From Chromatiales bacterium (GTDB lineage: Bacteria > Pseudomonadota > Gammaproteobacteria > SZUA-140), in contig JBJHCZ010000015.1 of NCBI GenBank assembly GCA_050486285.1, positions 4,294-68,293 on the forward strand: a stretch of DNA of 64,000 nucleotides, read 5' to 3'. Of the stretch, positions 10,222 through 20,828 are shown one piece after another. Positions within the stretch are counted from its first letter, which is position 1; each line of letters begins with the position of its first letter. The notes under the pieces are model-generated. The model was not told where the DNA came from. It searched no databases and saw nothing but the letters and a program-made list of their open reading frames with translations. A program made the position numbers and the translations under genes.

Positions 10222-10542
10222 ATGGCCGCCTATTTGCTGATCGAGTCTCGCGATCCCCGCGAGGCCGCCGCGGTCGCGCATGACCGGCGGCTCGCCCTGG
10301 ATCTGGTCCGCGCCGGGCATGCGGTGACGCTGTTCCTGGTGCAGAACGGCGTGTTCCCCGCGCGCGCCGGCGGTCCCGATACGGGCTTGCGCGCGCTGGT
10401 CGACGGCGGCGTCGCCGTGCTGGGTGATGAGTTCTCGTTGCGCGAGCGCGGCATCGGCGAGGTCGCGGGCGGCATCCGCGTCGCGCCGCTCGACATCGTC
10501 GTCGACGCGCTCGGGCGTGGCGACCGGACGCTGTGGCTGTAG
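10222..10542 (+). CDS. DsrE/DsrH-like protein (no Cys)
   Basis: VTLFLVQNGV, DEFSLRERGI pattern typical of the DsrEFH fold; GGGGAGGGGG RBS. Confidence 0.7.
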   Translation: MAAYLLIESRDPREAAAVAHDRRLALDLVRAGHAVTLFLVQNGVFPARAGGPDTGLRALVDGGVAVLGDEFSLRERGIGEVAGGIRVAPLDIVVDALGRGDRTLWL

Positions 10543-10550
10543 GGCCTGCG

Positions 10551-10964
10551 ATGAGCGCCGCGGCGACCCTGACCTTCGTGCTGATGGACCCGCCGTTCGA
10601 GCAGGCCCGCACGGTGACGGCGATGCGTCTGATCGACATTGCCGCGCGGCGCGGCTGCCGCATTCGCGTGTTTGCCTACGAGGGCGCGGTCGCGCTGCCG
10701 TTCGCGCGCCAGCGGGGGCATGCGAATCCGGTCCATGGTCATGACCTGCCGGAAGAGGATCATCCGCTGTCGAGCGAATGGATCGCGGCGCTGATGCGCA
10801 CCGCCCGCGAGCATGGCGGTGAACTCGACTGGATCAATTGCGGCCTGTGCGTCGACGAACGCGGCGTCGGCGAGACGATCGACGGATGCCGGCGCGGCAC
10901 GCCGGTCGACCTGCTGAAGTCCGCGCTCGCTTCCGGCAACACGCTGGTCATCGGGACTCGCTAG
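10551..10964 (+). CDS. DsrE/TusD-like protein with CGLC motif
   Basis: LMDPPF, VFAYEGAV, NCGLCVDERG. Confidence 0.75.
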   Translation: MSAAATLTFVLMDPPFEQARTVTAMRLIDIAARRGCRIRVFAYEGAVALPFARQRGHANPVHGHDLPEEDHPLSSEWIAALMRTAREHGGELDWINCGLCVDERGVGETIDGCRRGTPVDLLKSALASGNTLVIGTR

Positions 10965-10974
10965 GACGGATGCG

Positions 10975-11355
10975 ATGAAGATCCTGCAGGTCATCAATTC
11001 CGCCTATCGCTGCACGATCGAGGAGCAGGACGACCCGGTGGTCTGGATCACGCACGCAATGTCGGGGGCGGGCGCCGGGTTCGCCGTGCTGCTGCGCGGG
11101 AATGCGGTCAACTACGCGGTCGGCGGACAGGACGCCGGCGGCCTCGTCATCGGCGGCCGCACGCAGAAGCAGCCACCGCGACTCGCGCGCGACATCGGCG
11201 CGCTGCTCGGCAAGGGCATCGCGGTCCATGCGGTGCGCGAGGATTGCGAGGAACTGGGCCTGCGCCCGGCGGCGCTGATCGAGGGCGTGGAGACGGTGGC
11301 GCGCGCTGACCTGCCGGCGCTGTTCGACGGCTTCGACGCGGTCTGGAACTGGTAG
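10975..11355 (+). CDS. DsrE/DsrF-like protein
   Basis: LLRGNAVNYA, VREDCEELGL, FDAVWNW; third gene of a tightly packed triad. Confidence 0.7.
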   Translation: MKILQVINSAYRCTIEEQDDPVVWITHAMSGAGAGFAVLLRGNAVNYAVGGQDAGGLVIGGRTQKQPPRLARDIGALLGKGIAVHAVREDCEELGLRPAALIEGVETVARADLPALFDGFDAVWNW

Positions 11356-11368
11356 GGCGCGCGCGGCC

Positions 11369-12130
11369 TCAGAGGTGCAGGCCGCACTCGGTCTTCGGGC
11401 TGTTGTTCCAGCGCCCGCTGCGGTCGAGGCCCGGCGAGGTGCAATGGGTGCAGCCGATCGACGAGTAGCCGACCGCGACCAGCGGGTGGAACGGCAGCTG
11501 GTGCTCCTTGATGTAGGCGTCGCGCTGCTCGCGGGTGACGTCGATCAGCGGATAGAACTTGATGATGCCGTTGCGCACCTCGAAGATGTCGAGCGACGCG
11601 CGATGTTCGGTCTGCCAGCGCATCAGCCCCGAGGCCCACACGTCGAAGTCGTGCTTGATCGCGTACAGCGGCTCGACCTTGTTGATCGAGCAGCAGAAGT
11701 CGGGATCCTTGCGCCAGGTCTCGTCCTGCACCGTGAACTGGTGCTTCCAGTCCTCGGCGCGGATATCGACGACCTTGAGGCCGAACAGATCGATCAGCTT
11801 CTGCTTGTACTCGAGCGTCTGCGGGAAGTGATAGCCGGTGTCGATGAAGAACACCGGCTGGTGCGGGGCGACCCGCGAGAAGACATGCAGCAGGAACGCC
11901 GAGGTCGCCGCGAACGACGAGGTCAGCATGACCTTTTCGACCGGGAAGTCGTCATAGAGCGCGCGGATGCGCTCGTCGACCGACAGCGGGCGGTACCGCT
12001 CATTCAGGGCCGCGATCCGGTCGGCGTCGAATTCGCGCTCGGCGGGCCTGTCGGCGTGCGCCGGGGCCGCGGTCTTGCTGTCGCCTTCCTTGTCCGTGAG
12101 ATCCAGGTGCGTCGCTCGATTCAGGCTCAT
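11369..12130 (-). CDS. cysH: APS/PAPS reductase (CC-CxxC Fe-S type)
   Basis: DTGYHFPQT, DFCCSINKVEP, SIGCTHCT, RSGRW, C-terminal ECGLH. Confidence 0.92.
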   Translation of the reverse strand: MSLNRATHLDLTDKEGDSKTAAPAHADRPAEREFDADRIAALNERYRPLSVDERIRALYDDFPVEKVMLTSSFAATSAFLLHVFSRVAPHQPVFFIDTGYHFPQTLEYKQKLIDLFGLKVVDIRAEDWKHQFTVQDETWRKDPDFCCSINKVEPLYAIKHDFDVWASGLMRWQTEHRASLDIFEVRNGIIKFYPLIDVTREQRDAYIKEHQLPFHPLVAVGYSSIGCTHCTSPGLDRSGRWNNSPKTECGLHL

Positions 12131-12165
12131 CGGCAGGCTTCCTTCTGTCGGTTTATCCCCGGGTT

Positions 12166-12217
12166 TATAACCAGGGCTTATAGCAGGTTCAGGCTTGTTT
12201 ATATAACCAATTTCTAT
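12166..12217. promoter_or_regulatory. LysR-type (CysB-like) T-N11-A boxes upstream of cysH
   Basis: TATAACCAGGGCTTATA (12166-12182) and ATAACCAATTTCTAT (12203-12217) in an AT-rich divergent intergenic region. Confidence 0.4.
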
Positions 12218-12326
12218 GATAAAGCCGATTTTAATACATTCCAGTTATCTAGACAATCCTTGCCGGCCCCCGGTTACTCAGCGTATCGTGCTAACAGCCT
12301 ATCGACCGATGTAGCGTGATTCCCGC

Positions 12327-12968
12327 ATGAAACTGACCCTGCCGACCGCGACCGAGGCCCTGCCGGGCCGCGCCGAGCCGCTTGCGATCGAGAACCGCCA
12401 TTTTGTCTCTGGCCGGCCGTTGCTGCCGCCGTTCCCGGACGGGCTGGCGCTGGCGCTGTTCGGCATGGGTTGCTTCTGGGGCGCGGAGCGCTGCTTCTGG
12501 ACCCGACCCGGGGTCTGGGTCACCGCGGTCGGCTATGCCGGCGGCCTGACCCCGAACCCGACCTACCGCGAGGTCTGCAGCGGCCTGACCGGCCACAACG
12601 AGGTCGTCCGCGTCGTCTACGATCCGGCGGAGATCGCCTACGAGACGCTGCTCGCGCTCTTCTGGGAAGGTCACGACCCGACCCAGGGCATGCGCCAGGG
12701 CAACGACATCGGCACCCAGTACCGTTCCGGCATCTATGTCCACGACGCCGCCCAGCGCGCGGCGGCGTTGCGCTCGCGTGAACGCTACCAGCAGGCGCTT
12801 GCGGCCGGCGGTCGGGGCGCGATCACGACCGAGATCGTCGATGCGCCGGCGTTCTATTACGCCGAGGATGGGCACCAGCAATATCTCGCGAAGGAACCCG
12901 GCGGCTACTGCGGTCTCGGCGGCACCGGCGTCGCCTGTCCGGCGCTGAAACCCGGCGCGATCGCCTGA
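12327..12968 (+). CDS. msrA: Peptide methionine sulfoxide reductase A
   Basis: [33 protein letters not shown]. Confidence 0.97.
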   Translation: MKLTLPTATEALPGRAEPLAIENRHFVSGRPLLPPFPDGLALALFGMGCFWGAERCFWTRPGVWVTAVGYAGGLTPNPTYREVCSGLTGHNEVVRVVYDPAEIAYETLLALFWEGHDPTQGMRQGNDIGTQYRSGIYVHDAAQRAAALRSRERYQQALAAGGRGAITTEIVDAPAFYYAEDGHQQYLAKEPGGYCGLGGTGVACPALKPGAIA

Positions 12969-12972
12969 CGAC

Positions 12973-13764
12973 ATGCCCGGCGATGCGCGACAGACCCGCA
13001 GCGTCGAGTTTCCGAATGCGCGCGGCGTCCGCCTGCGCGGCAGCCTCGAACGACCGGCCGATCGCCAACCGGTGGCCTTCGCGCTGCTCGCGCATTGTTT
13101 CACCTGCAACAGCGATTACCGCTTCATTCGCCTGATCGCGCGCGAACTCGCGGAACAGGGTTTCGCCGTGCTGCGCTTCGACTTCACCGGGCTCGGCGGC
13201 AGCGGCGGCCGCTTCGAGGACAGCAACTTCACGACCAATGTCGAGGACATCGAGGCGGCGGCGCGCTTTCTCGAGGGCGAGCTGTCGGCCCCGCCGCGGC
13301 TGCTGATCGGCCATTCGCTCGGCGGCGCGGCGGTACTGGCGGCCGCCGGCCGGATTCCCTCGGTGCGCGCGGTCGCGACCATCAATGCGCCGTCGACGCC
13401 GGATCATGTCCTCGGGCATCTCGAAGGCGCGGTCGCCGAGGCCGCACGCCACGGCGTCGGCGAGGCCGAGATCGGGGGGCAGCGCTACCCGATCACACAG
13501 CAACTGATCGACGATCTGCGCGCGGCGGACCTCGGCGCGGCGATCCGCGCGCTCGATGCCGCGCTGCTGGTGCTGCACTCACCGGTCGACCGTACCGTCG
13601 ATATCGCCCATGCGAGCCGCATCTTCGAGACCGCGCGCCATCCGAAGAGCTTCGTCGTGCTCGACGGCGCCGACCATCTGCTCGGCCGCGAGGCCGACGC
13701 GCGCTATGCGGCACGGATCATCCGGACCTGGGCCTCGGCCTATCTCGATCCGGTCCGGGCCTGA
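12973..13764 (+). CDS. Alpha/beta hydrolase (type usually fused to OsmC)
   Basis: AHCFTC, RFDFTGLG, GHSLGG, HPKSFVVLDGADHLL. Confidence 0.85.
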   Translation: MPGDARQTRSVEFPNARGVRLRGSLERPADRQPVAFALLAHCFTCNSDYRFIRLIARELAEQGFAVLRFDFTGLGGSGGRFEDSNFTTNVEDIEAAARFLEGELSAPPRLLIGHSLGGAAVLAAAGRIPSVRAVATINAPSTPDHVLGHLEGAVAEAARHGVGEAEIGGQRYPITQQLIDDLRAADLGAAIRALDAALLVLHSPVDRTVDIAHASRIFETARHPKSFVVLDGADHLLGREADARYAARIIRTWASAYLDPVRA

Positions 13765-16625
13765 TCCCCGTTCGCCGGCGGCCGCGACTCGAGCAGCGGC
13801 GGTTCCCCGCAGTGCGCGAGCAGCGCGGCGTAGGCCTTGTCCCGCAGGACCAGCGCGCGCGACCACTCGTCGGCCTCCATCGGCACCGCGATCGGCGGCA
13901 GGAAGCGGATCGTTGCCGTGCCCGGGCTGGGGCTGCGGCTGCCGTCGCGCAGCAGCGCGCGGCTGCCGCGAAGGGCAACCGGATGCAGCGGCAGACCGGT
14001 TGCGGCCGCGGTCGCGAAGGCGCCCATGCGAAACGGCCGCAGACCGGGCGCGCGCGTGAAGGTCCCCTCCGGGAAGAACAGCAGGCGTTCACCGGCGCGC
14101 GCCCGTTCGATGAGATCCCGGGTGTCGCTCGCGCCCTGGCGGGTGTCGAATCGCTCGACGAAGACCGCGCCGAGGCGTTGCAGCAGGAGCCGGGCAAACG
14201 CGCGGTCGCGCAGTTCCGATTTCGCGACGAAGGCCACCGGCGCCGGCAATGCGCGGATCAGCAACAGCGCATCGAGATAACTGGCATGGTTCGCGACGAT
14301 GATGCCCCCGCGATCTGCCGCCGGCCGGTGTTCGCGGCCCTGCAGGTCGACACGAATCCCGATCGCCGGCAGCAGCACGGCGGTCGCGGCGCGCGCCGTC
14401 TTCCAGCGCAGCGCGCGCGTCGGCATCACCACGACGACGAGCAGCCAGGTCAGCAACAGGATCGGCCAGGCCACCGCGTGCGCCCAGGCGCCGCGCAGCG
14501 CGGGCGATATCTGCCGGGTAAACCGTCGCGACTGCTGCGGCAGCGCGCCGGCGACGACCCGCAGCAGTTGTCGCCAGACCGCTTGCGGCGGTCGTTCGAG
14601 TTCGCCGCGTTCATAACGCTCGCGACAGGCCGCGCGCCGGATCTTGCCGCTCGGCGTCTTCGGCACCGTCCCCGGCGCGGCGAAGACGACATCGTCCGGC
14701 GGCGCCCCGCACAGCGACGTGACGGCCTGGCGCACGCGCGCGCGCAACGCCGACCGCGTATCGGGATCGCGCACACGCGTTTCGGCGACGACGACCAGTC
14801 GTTCGCTGCCGAGCGCGGGGTCGCGCGCGCCGAAGGCCGCGACGCGGCCCGCGCGTACGCCGTCCAGTTGTCCGACCGCCTCCTCGATCTCGTGGGGATA
14901 GAGGTTGCGTCCCGCGTGAATGATCAGGTCCTTCGCGCGCCCGGTCAGATAGATCTCGCCGCCCGCAGCGTAGGCGAGGTCGCCGGAGTCGAGCCAGTCG
15001 CCCTGGAACAGCCGGCGGGTCGCAGCCGGGTTGCGGTAATAGCCCTGCGTCGCCGACGGGCCGCGAAACTGCAGGTGTCCGGTACGGCGGTCAGGCAGGG
15101 GGCGTCCGTCGTCATCGACGATGCGCAGCGCGTGGCCGGCCAGCGGCGCGCCGCAACTTGGGAAGCGCAGTGCCGATGCGTCGTCCGGGTCGGCGGGCTC
15201 CGCGCGACCGTCGCCCAGAAACGGCTCGCGGCGGATGCGGTCGATCAGCGGGCCGCGGCCAAGCGGCGGGAAGGTCAGGCCGACGCTGCATTCGGCGAGG
15301 CCGTAGACCGGCATCAGCGTCTCGCGGTGCAGGCCAAAGGGCGCGAAGCGGGCGTGAAAGCGCTCGAGGGTATCGGGGCTGACCGGCTCGGCGCCGTTGC
15401 AGGCGACGCGCCAGCGCGAGAGGTCGAGGCCGGCGAGTTCCTCGTCGGCGATACGCTGCAGGCACAACTCATAGCCGAAATTCGGCGATGCCGAGATCGT
15501 CGCGCGATGGCGATGCAGCGCCTGCAGCCAGCGCAAGGGCCGGTTGATGAACGCGATCGGCGACATCACGACCAGCGGCGTCGCGCAATACAGACTACCA
15601 AGCCAGGCGCCGATCAGGCCGAGGTCATGATATAGCGGCAGCCAGCTGACGAAGACATCGTCAGGCGTCGCTTCGACTTGCGCGGCCATCGCGCGGATAT
15701 TCGCGAGCAGGTTTGCGTGCGTCAGCATGACGCCCTTCGGCGCGCCGGTGCTGCCGGAGGTGTATTGCAGGAAGGCAAGGTCGTCGGCACCGATCGCCGG
15801 GCGCGCGAGCGGCACCGTCGCCGCGGCGACCAGCTCGGCCGGCGTCACGACGTCGCGCAGGCGGTCGACGCGCGATTTCAGCAGGCGCGCGACCGTACGT
15901 CCCGCGGGCAGCGTGATCAGGATCGGCGCCGCGCAATTGTCGACGATCGCGGCCTGGCGCAGCAGGTGATCCTCGATCTGGTCGGGGCGCGCCGGCGGAT
16001 AGATCGGCACCGGGATGCCGCCGGCGAGCAGGATGCCGAAGAAGCAGAAGAAGTAGTCGGGTTCGGTCTGCAGCATCAGCACGACCGGCTCGCCGCGTTC
16101 GAGCCCGAGCGATTGCAGGCCGCTCGCTATCCTGCGAGCCCCGCTCAGGAGTCCGTTATAGCTGATTGTCTTTCCATCAGTATTATCTTCATAAAAGCGG
16201 ACATGGACGCGTTCCGGATGGTGTTCGGCATGCCATTCGAGGACCGCCGTCAGGGTCTGCAGACCGCCCGGCGCCGGAGTCGCCGCCGGCCGCGTGTCCG
16301 CGGAATCGTCGCCGGCCGCGGCGGGGGCCGCTTGCGCATGGCTGCCGGCGCGCGTCAGCGCCCCGAGCAGCGCGCGCGGGGTACGCGCCTCGGCGAAGAC
16401 GCGGTCGTCGAGGACGACGCCGAAGCGCTTCTCGACGCGACTCAGCAGCTCGACGCGCGCGAGGCTGTCGAGACCGAGATCGGCGTCGAAGTCCATGTCG
16501 AGCGAGACGCGCGCCGGGACGGCATCCCGACGCGGGCGCGATTCCGCGAGCAGGGCAGAGATCAACGCGGTCAGGCGCTCCGCGGCAGGCGCCGCCGTGG
16601 TCAGGTCCTGTTCCGAAGCCGTCAT
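13740..16625 (-). CDS. ACP + fatty acyl-AMP ligase-like adenylation domain + PlsC-type acyltransferase fusion
   Basis: LGLDSL (Ppant Ser), [47 protein letters not shown]. Confidence 0.9.
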   Translation of the reverse strand: MTASEQDLTTAAPAAERLTALISALLAESRPRRDAVPARVSLDMDFDADLGLDSLARVELLSRVEKRFGVVLDDRVFAEARTPRALLGALTRAGSHAQAAPAAAGDDSADTRPAATPAPGGLQTLTAVLEWHAEHHPERVHVRFYEDNTDGKTISYNGLLSGARRIASGLQSLGLERGEPVVLMLQTEPDYFFCFFGILLAGGIPVPIYPPARPDQIEDHLLRQAAIVDNCAAPILITLPAGRTVARLLKSRVDRLRDVVTPAELVAAATVPLARPAIGADDLAFLQYTSGSTGAPKGVMLTHANLLANIRAMAAQVEATPDDVFVSWLPLYHDLGLIGAWLGSLYCATPLVVMSPIAFINRPLRWLQALHRHRATISASPNFGYELCLQRIADEELAGLDLSRWRVACNGAEPVSPDTLERFHARFAPFGLHRETLMPVYGLAECSVGLTFPPLGRGPLIDRIRREPFLGDGRAEPADPDDASALRFPSCGAPLAGHALRIVDDDGRPLPDRRTGHLQFRGPSATQGYYRNPAATRRLFQGDWLDSGDLAYAAGGEIYLTGRAKDLIIHAGRNLYPHEIEEAVGQLDGVRAGRVAAFGARDPALGSERLVVVAETRVRDPDTRSALRARVRQAVTSLCGAPPDDVVFAAPGTVPKTPSGKIRRAACRERYERGELERPPQAVWRQLLRVVAGALPQQSRRFTRQISPALRGAWAHAVAWPILLLTWLLVVVVMPTRALRWKTARAATAVLLPAIGIRVDLQGREHRPAADRGGIIVANHASYLDALLLIRALPAPVAFVAKSELRDRAFARLLLQRLGAVFVERFDTRQGASDTRDLIERARAGERLLFFPEGTFTRAPGLRPFRMGAFATAAATGLPLHPVALRGSRALLRDGSRSPSPGTATIRFLPPIAVPMEADEWSRALVLRDKAYAALLAHCGEPPLLESRPPANGDQARTGSR

Positions 16626-16721
16626 GGATATTCCCTTGTCTCTACTCCTGTGAGCTACTCAGGCACCCCGCGTTTACGTTATCATGAGCGGCCCCGGGTA
16701 GCGGAACGCCGATTTCACGTC

Positions 16722-17345
16722 ATGACTAGCTTCAACGAGGCCGCCGAGGCACTGGTCGCCGCCGGCCGAGCGATCGCGGCAGAGGGTTGGGTGCCGGCGA
16801 CCAGCGGCAATTTCTCGCTGCGCCTGCCCGGCGACGCGGTCGCGATCACGGTCTCGGGCGCGCACAAGGGCCGGCTCGGCGTCACGGACATCATGCGCGT
16901 GGATCTCGACGGCCGTCCGCTCGAGGACAAGCGCCCGTCGGCCGAGACCCTGCTGCACGTCCAGCTCTATCGCCACGATCCCGCGATCGGCGCGGTGCTG
17001 CACACCCATTCGGTCAATGCGACCGTCGTGTCGCGGCTCGCCGGCGATGCCCTCGAACTCGAGGGGCTCGAGATCCTCAAGGCCTTCGCCGGCGTCGTCA
17101 CCCATGAAACAAGGCGCCGGGTGCCGGTCTTCGACAACGACCAGGACATGCCCCGACTCGCGCGCCAGGTCGAGGCCTGGCTCGGCGAGCGGGCGTCGGC
17201 CCCCGATCTCATGATCCCGGGTTATCTGATCAGGGGGCACGGACTCTATACCTGGGGACACACGCTGCCCGAGGCGATGCGCCACCTCGAGGCCTTCGAG
17301 TACCTGTTCCGCTGCGAACTCGAGACAAGGAGGGTAATGCCATGA
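16722..17345 (+). CDS. mtnB: Methylthioribulose-1-phosphate dehydratase
   Basis: [28 protein letters not shown]. Confidence 0.95.
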   Translation: MTSFNEAAEALVAAGRAIAAEGWVPATSGNFSLRLPGDAVAITVSGAHKGRLGVTDIMRVDLDGRPLEDKRPSAETLLHVQLYRHDPAIGAVLHTHSVNATVVSRLAGDALELEGLEILKAFAGVVTHETRRRVPVFDNDQDMPRLARQVEAWLGERASAPDLMIPGYLIRGHGLYTWGHTLPEAMRHLEAFEYLFRCELETRRVMP

Positions 17346-17899
17346 GCTTTCTGATCATCCATGACGAGCACGCCGGCGAGATCGAGCGCGTCGTCGACCA
17401 TGACCTGATCGGCGAGCGCCTCGCCGAAATCGGCGTCGCCTTCGAGCGCTGGGAGGCGAGTCGTCCACTGCAGGCGGATTCCTCGCAGGAAGAGGTGCTG
17501 GAGGCCTATGCCTCCCAGGTCGAGCGCCTGAATGCGGCCTACGGCTTTCGCACCGTCGACGTCGTGGCGCTGCGGCCGAGCCATCCGGAACGCGAGGCGA
17601 TGCGCGGCAAGTTCCTCAATGAGCATACCCACGACGACTTCGAGGTGCGCTTCTTCGTCGAGGGTCGGGGCATGTTCTATCTCCACGTCGGCGAGCGGGT
17701 CCATGCGGTGCTGTGCGAACAGGGCGACCTGATCAGCGTGCCGGCCGGCACCCGCCACTGGTTCGACATGGGTTCGGCGCCGGACTTCAAGTGCATCCGC
17801 TTCTTCACGACGCCGGAGGGCTGGGTCGGCAACTTCACCGGCAGCGACATCGCAAGCCGTTTCCCGACCTTCGACAACCTGATACGCGAGGCTGCATGA
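17342..17899 (+). CDS. mtnD: Acireductone dioxygenase
   Basis: [22 protein letters not shown]; ATGA overlap with mtnB. Confidence 0.95.
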   Translation: MSFLIIHDEHAGEIERVVDHDLIGERLAEIGVAFERWEASRPLQADSSQEEVLEAYASQVERLNAAYGFRTVDVVALRPSHPEREAMRGKFLNEHTHDDFEVRFFVEGRGMFYLHVGERVHAVLCEQGDLISVPAGTRHWFDMGSAPDFKCIRFFTTPEGWVGNFTGSDIASRFPTFDNLIREAA

Positions 17900-18573
17900 C
17901 CCGTGCGGTGCTGACCGACATCGAGGGCACGACCTCGTCGCTGTCGTTCGTCAAGGAAGTGCTGTTTCCGTACGCGCGCCGCCACCTCGCGGATTTCGTC
18001 CGCGAGCATGACGGCGATCCGGAGGTGCGCGCGCAGCTCGACGCGGCGCGTGCGCTCGCCGGTATCGAGGGCGCCGACGATGCCCGCGTCGTCGGTGAAC
18101 TGATCGCGTGGATCGACGCCGACCGCAAGGCGACGCCGCTGAAGGCCCTGCAGGGCCTGATCTGGGAGCACGGTTATCGCGTCGGTGATTTCCAGGGCCA
18201 TGTCTATGAGGACGCGGTCGCCGGCCTGCACCGCTGGCACGCCGCCGGGATCGCGCTCTACGTCTATTCCTCGGGGTCGGTGCATGCGCAGAAGCTGCTG
18301 TTCGCGCATACCGCGTTCGGCGACCTGACGCCGCTGTTCAGCGGCTATTTCGATACCCGCATCGGCGCCAAGGGCGAGGCCGAATCCTATCGCAGGATCG
18401 TCGCCGCGACCGGTATCGAGGCCGGCGACATGCTGTTCCTGTCCGACATCGTCGCCGAACTCGACGCCGCGCGCGCGGCCGGGCTCGAGACCTGCCAGCT
18501 CGTCCGCGACGGCGAGCCTGATCCTGCCGCGTCACATCGGCAGGTCCGTTCCTTTGACGAGATTACGCCCTGA
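17896..18573 (+). CDS. mtnC: Enolase-phosphatase E1
   Basis: TDIEGTTS, LFPYAR, LKALQGLIW, YSSGS, FLSD. Confidence 0.95.
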   Translation: MTRAVLTDIEGTTSSLSFVKEVLFPYARRHLADFVREHDGDPEVRAQLDAARALAGIEGADDARVVGELIAWIDADRKATPLKALQGLIWEHGYRVGDFQGHVYEDAVAGLHRWHAAGIALYVYSSGSVHAQKLLFAHTAFGDLTPLFSGYFDTRIGAKGEAESYRRIVAATGIEAGDMLFLSDIVAELDAARAAGLETCQLVRDGEPDPAASHRQVRSFDEITP

Positions 18574-19043
18574 TGATATCGATTGCCCTGATGTTGCATC
18601 TGCTCGCCGCCGTGGTCTGGGTCGGCGGCATGTTCTTCGCGTGGATGATCCTGCGCCCGGTTGCGGCAGCGCAGCTCGAGGCGCCGCAGCGCCTGACGCT
18701 GTGGCGCAACGTCTTCCAGCGTTTCTTCCCGTGGGTCTGGGCCGCGGTCGTGGCCCTGCCGGTGACGGGCCTGTGGATCGCCTTCGATCTGTTCGGCGGC
18801 ATCGGCACCAGCCCGCCGCGGGTGCATGTGATGTTGTTGCTCGGGATCGTGATGATCCTGATCTATCTGCACGTCTTCTTCGCGCCGTGGCGGCGCCTGC
18901 GCGCCGCGGTCGCCGCGAGTGACTGGCCGGCGGGCGGCAAGGCGCTGGCGACGATCCGCCGCCTCGTCGGTGTCAACCTGGTCATCGGCCTGATCGTGCT
19001 CGCGGTCGTCAGTTCGGGCCGCTACGGTTTCGGCTTCGGTTAG
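18573..19043 (+). CDS. CopD-like integral membrane protein
   Basis: HLLAAVVWVGGMFFA, four TM helices. Confidence 0.7.
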   Translation: MISIALMLHLLAAVVWVGGMFFAWMILRPVAAAQLEAPQRLTLWRNVFQRFFPWVWAAVVALPVTGLWIAFDLFGGIGTSPPRVHVMLLLGIVMILIYLHVFFAPWRRLRAAVAASDWPAGGKALATIRRLVGVNLVIGLIVLAVVSSGRYGFGFG

Positions 19044-19057
19044 GCGTATTCGCCGCG

Positions 19058-19348
19058 ATGGCGACGGTCCATATCGCCCTGCTGACCTTCGATCTGATGA
19101 TCCCGCATTCGGCGTCGCTGAAGGACAAGCGCCGCGTCGTCAAGGGGCTCAAGGATCGCCTGCGTGCGAAGTTCAATGCCGCGGTCGCCGAGATCGACTG
19201 TCTCGATGAGTGGCAGCGTGCGCGCATCGGCGTGACGATGCTCAGCAACGATCGCCGGCATCTCGAGAGCTCGCTCAGCGCGGTCAGCCGGATGGTCGAG
19301 GAGACCGCCGACATCCGCCTGATCGATACCCGCATCGAGTGGTTGTAG
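19058..19348 (+). CDS. DUF503 (YlxP-like) protein
   Basis: SLKDKRRVVK...KFNAAVAE. Confidence 0.85.
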   Translation: MATVHIALLTFDLMIPHSASLKDKRRVVKGLKDRLRAKFNAAVAEIDCLDEWQRARIGVTMLSNDRRHLESSLSAVSRMVEETADIRLIDTRIEWL

Positions 19349-19361
19349 GCGACAGGCTGTC

Positions 19362-20717
19362 ATGAGGACCTTCCAGCCGCGTCCCGGTGCGGGCAGGGGA
19401 CCGATTGAGAGGCATGACGCGGTCATCGATGCGCTCGATGACGATGGCCGCGGCGTCGCCCGCATCGACGGCAAGGTGACCTTCATCGACGGCGCGCTGC
19501 CCGGCGAGACGGTACGCGCCGAGGTCATGAAGTCGAAAAAGAGCTTCGACCAGGGGCGCGTGCTGGAGATCCTGTCGGCGTCGCCGGAACGCGTCGATCC
19601 GGTCTGCGCGCATTTCGGCGAATGCGGCGGTTGCAGCCTGCAGCATCTGGCGCCGGCGGCGCAGTTGCGCGAGAAGCAGGCGCAGTTGCGCGCGCTGCTG
19701 GTCAAGGCCGGCGACGTCGTGCCGGCGCGCTGGCTGACGCCGCTCGAAGGGCCGGTCGAGCATTACCGGCGCAGCGCGCGCCTCGGCGTACGCGACGTGC
19801 CGAAGAAGGGCGGGATCATCGTCGGCTTTCGCGAGCGCCGCAGCAGCTATCTCAATCCGACCCGCGAATGCCGCGTGCTCGACGCCCGCGTCGCGCGCGT
19901 GCTGCCGCTGTTGCCCGGACTGATCGAGGGCCTCTCCTGCAAGCGGCGCCTGCCGCAGATCGAAGCGGCCTGTTCGGACGAGGCCGCGGTGCTGGTGTTC
20001 CGCCATCTCGAGCCGCTGACCGCGGATGATCGCTTGCGACTCGGGGCGTTCGCGCACGAGCATGCCATTCAGGCCTGGTCGCAAGCGGGCGGCCCGGAGA
20101 CCGTGGTGCCGCTATGGCCGGAAGACCCGCCGCCGCTCGAATATCGTCTGCCGGCGTTCGACCTGACCCTGCGTTTCGTGCCGGCCGACTTCGTCCAGGT
20201 CAACGCGGAGATCAACCGGCAAATGGTGACGCTCGCGGTCGAGCTGCTGGCGGCCGACGTGAGCGAGACGGTCCTCGACCTGTTCTGCGGGCTCGGTAAT
20301 TTCACGCTGCCGCTGGCGCGGGGGGCGGGACGCGTGATCGGCATCGAGTCTGATCAGCGCCTGATCGACGGCGCGCGCGCGAACGCGGCGCGTAACGGCA
20401 TCGCGAATGCGGAGTTCCGGCGTCTCGATCTGTTCGACGAGTCGGCGGTGGCGACGTTCATGGACGGCACCGCCTTCGATCGCCTGCTGCTGGATCCGCC
20501 GCGCAGCGGGGCGATCGAGGCGCTGAAGCATCTGCCGGCGAACCCTCCGCGCCGGATCGTCTACGTCTCCTGCAACCCGGCGACGTTCGCGCGCGACGCC
20601 GAATATCTCGTCAATGCCGCCGGCTACCGGCTGTCCGCCGCCGGTGTCATGGACATGTTCCCGCACACCAGCCATGTCGAGTCGATCGCTGTCTTCGACC
20701 TCATGGGGTCAGAGTAG
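19362..20717 (+). CDS. rlmD: 23S rRNA (uracil-1939-C5)-methyltransferase
   Basis: TRAM domain, CAHFGECGGC Fe-S motif, DLFCGLGNF, LDPPRSGA, YVSCNP, DMFPHTSHVE. Confidence 0.93.
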   Translation: MRTFQPRPGAGRGPIERHDAVIDALDDDGRGVARIDGKVTFIDGALPGETVRAEVMKSKKSFDQGRVLEILSASPERVDPVCAHFGECGGCSLQHLAPAAQLREKQAQLRALLVKAGDVVPARWLTPLEGPVEHYRRSARLGVRDVPKKGGIIVGFRERRSSYLNPTRECRVLDARVARVLPLLPGLIEGLSCKRRLPQIEAACSDEAAVLVFRHLEPLTADDRLRLGAFAHEHAIQAWSQAGGPETVVPLWPEDPPPLEYRLPAFDLTLRFVPADFVQVNAEINRQMVTLAVELLAADVSETVLDLFCGLGNFTLPLARGAGRVIGIESDQRLIDGARANAARNGIANAEFRRLDLFDESAVATFMDGTAFDRLLLDPPRSGAIEALKHLPANPPRRIVYVSCNPATFARDAEYLVNAAGYRLSAAGVMDMFPHTSHVESIAVFDLMGSE

Positions 20718-20737
20718 ACGTTGTCTACTCTGACCCC
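20705..20737. repeat. Perfect 15-bp REP-like palindrome overlapping the rlmD stop codon
   Basis: GGGGTCAGAGTAGAC-GTT-GTCTACTCTGACCCC. Confidence 0.7.
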
Positions 20738-20828
20738 GATTTGTTCAGCTTCCGTTCAGGCTGTGCCCGTTATGCTCGTTTCCGAAAGATCGGAAAAGGC
20801 CCGGCACGGGCGTAACGGGAGGTGTGAG

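Noticed and set aside
13095-16721. 846-aa ORF and the long N-terminal extension of the mtnB ORF
   Set aside because: They lie antisense to the ACP-FAAL-acyltransferase gene and give Arg/Ala-rich nonsense; the real mtnB start is 16722.
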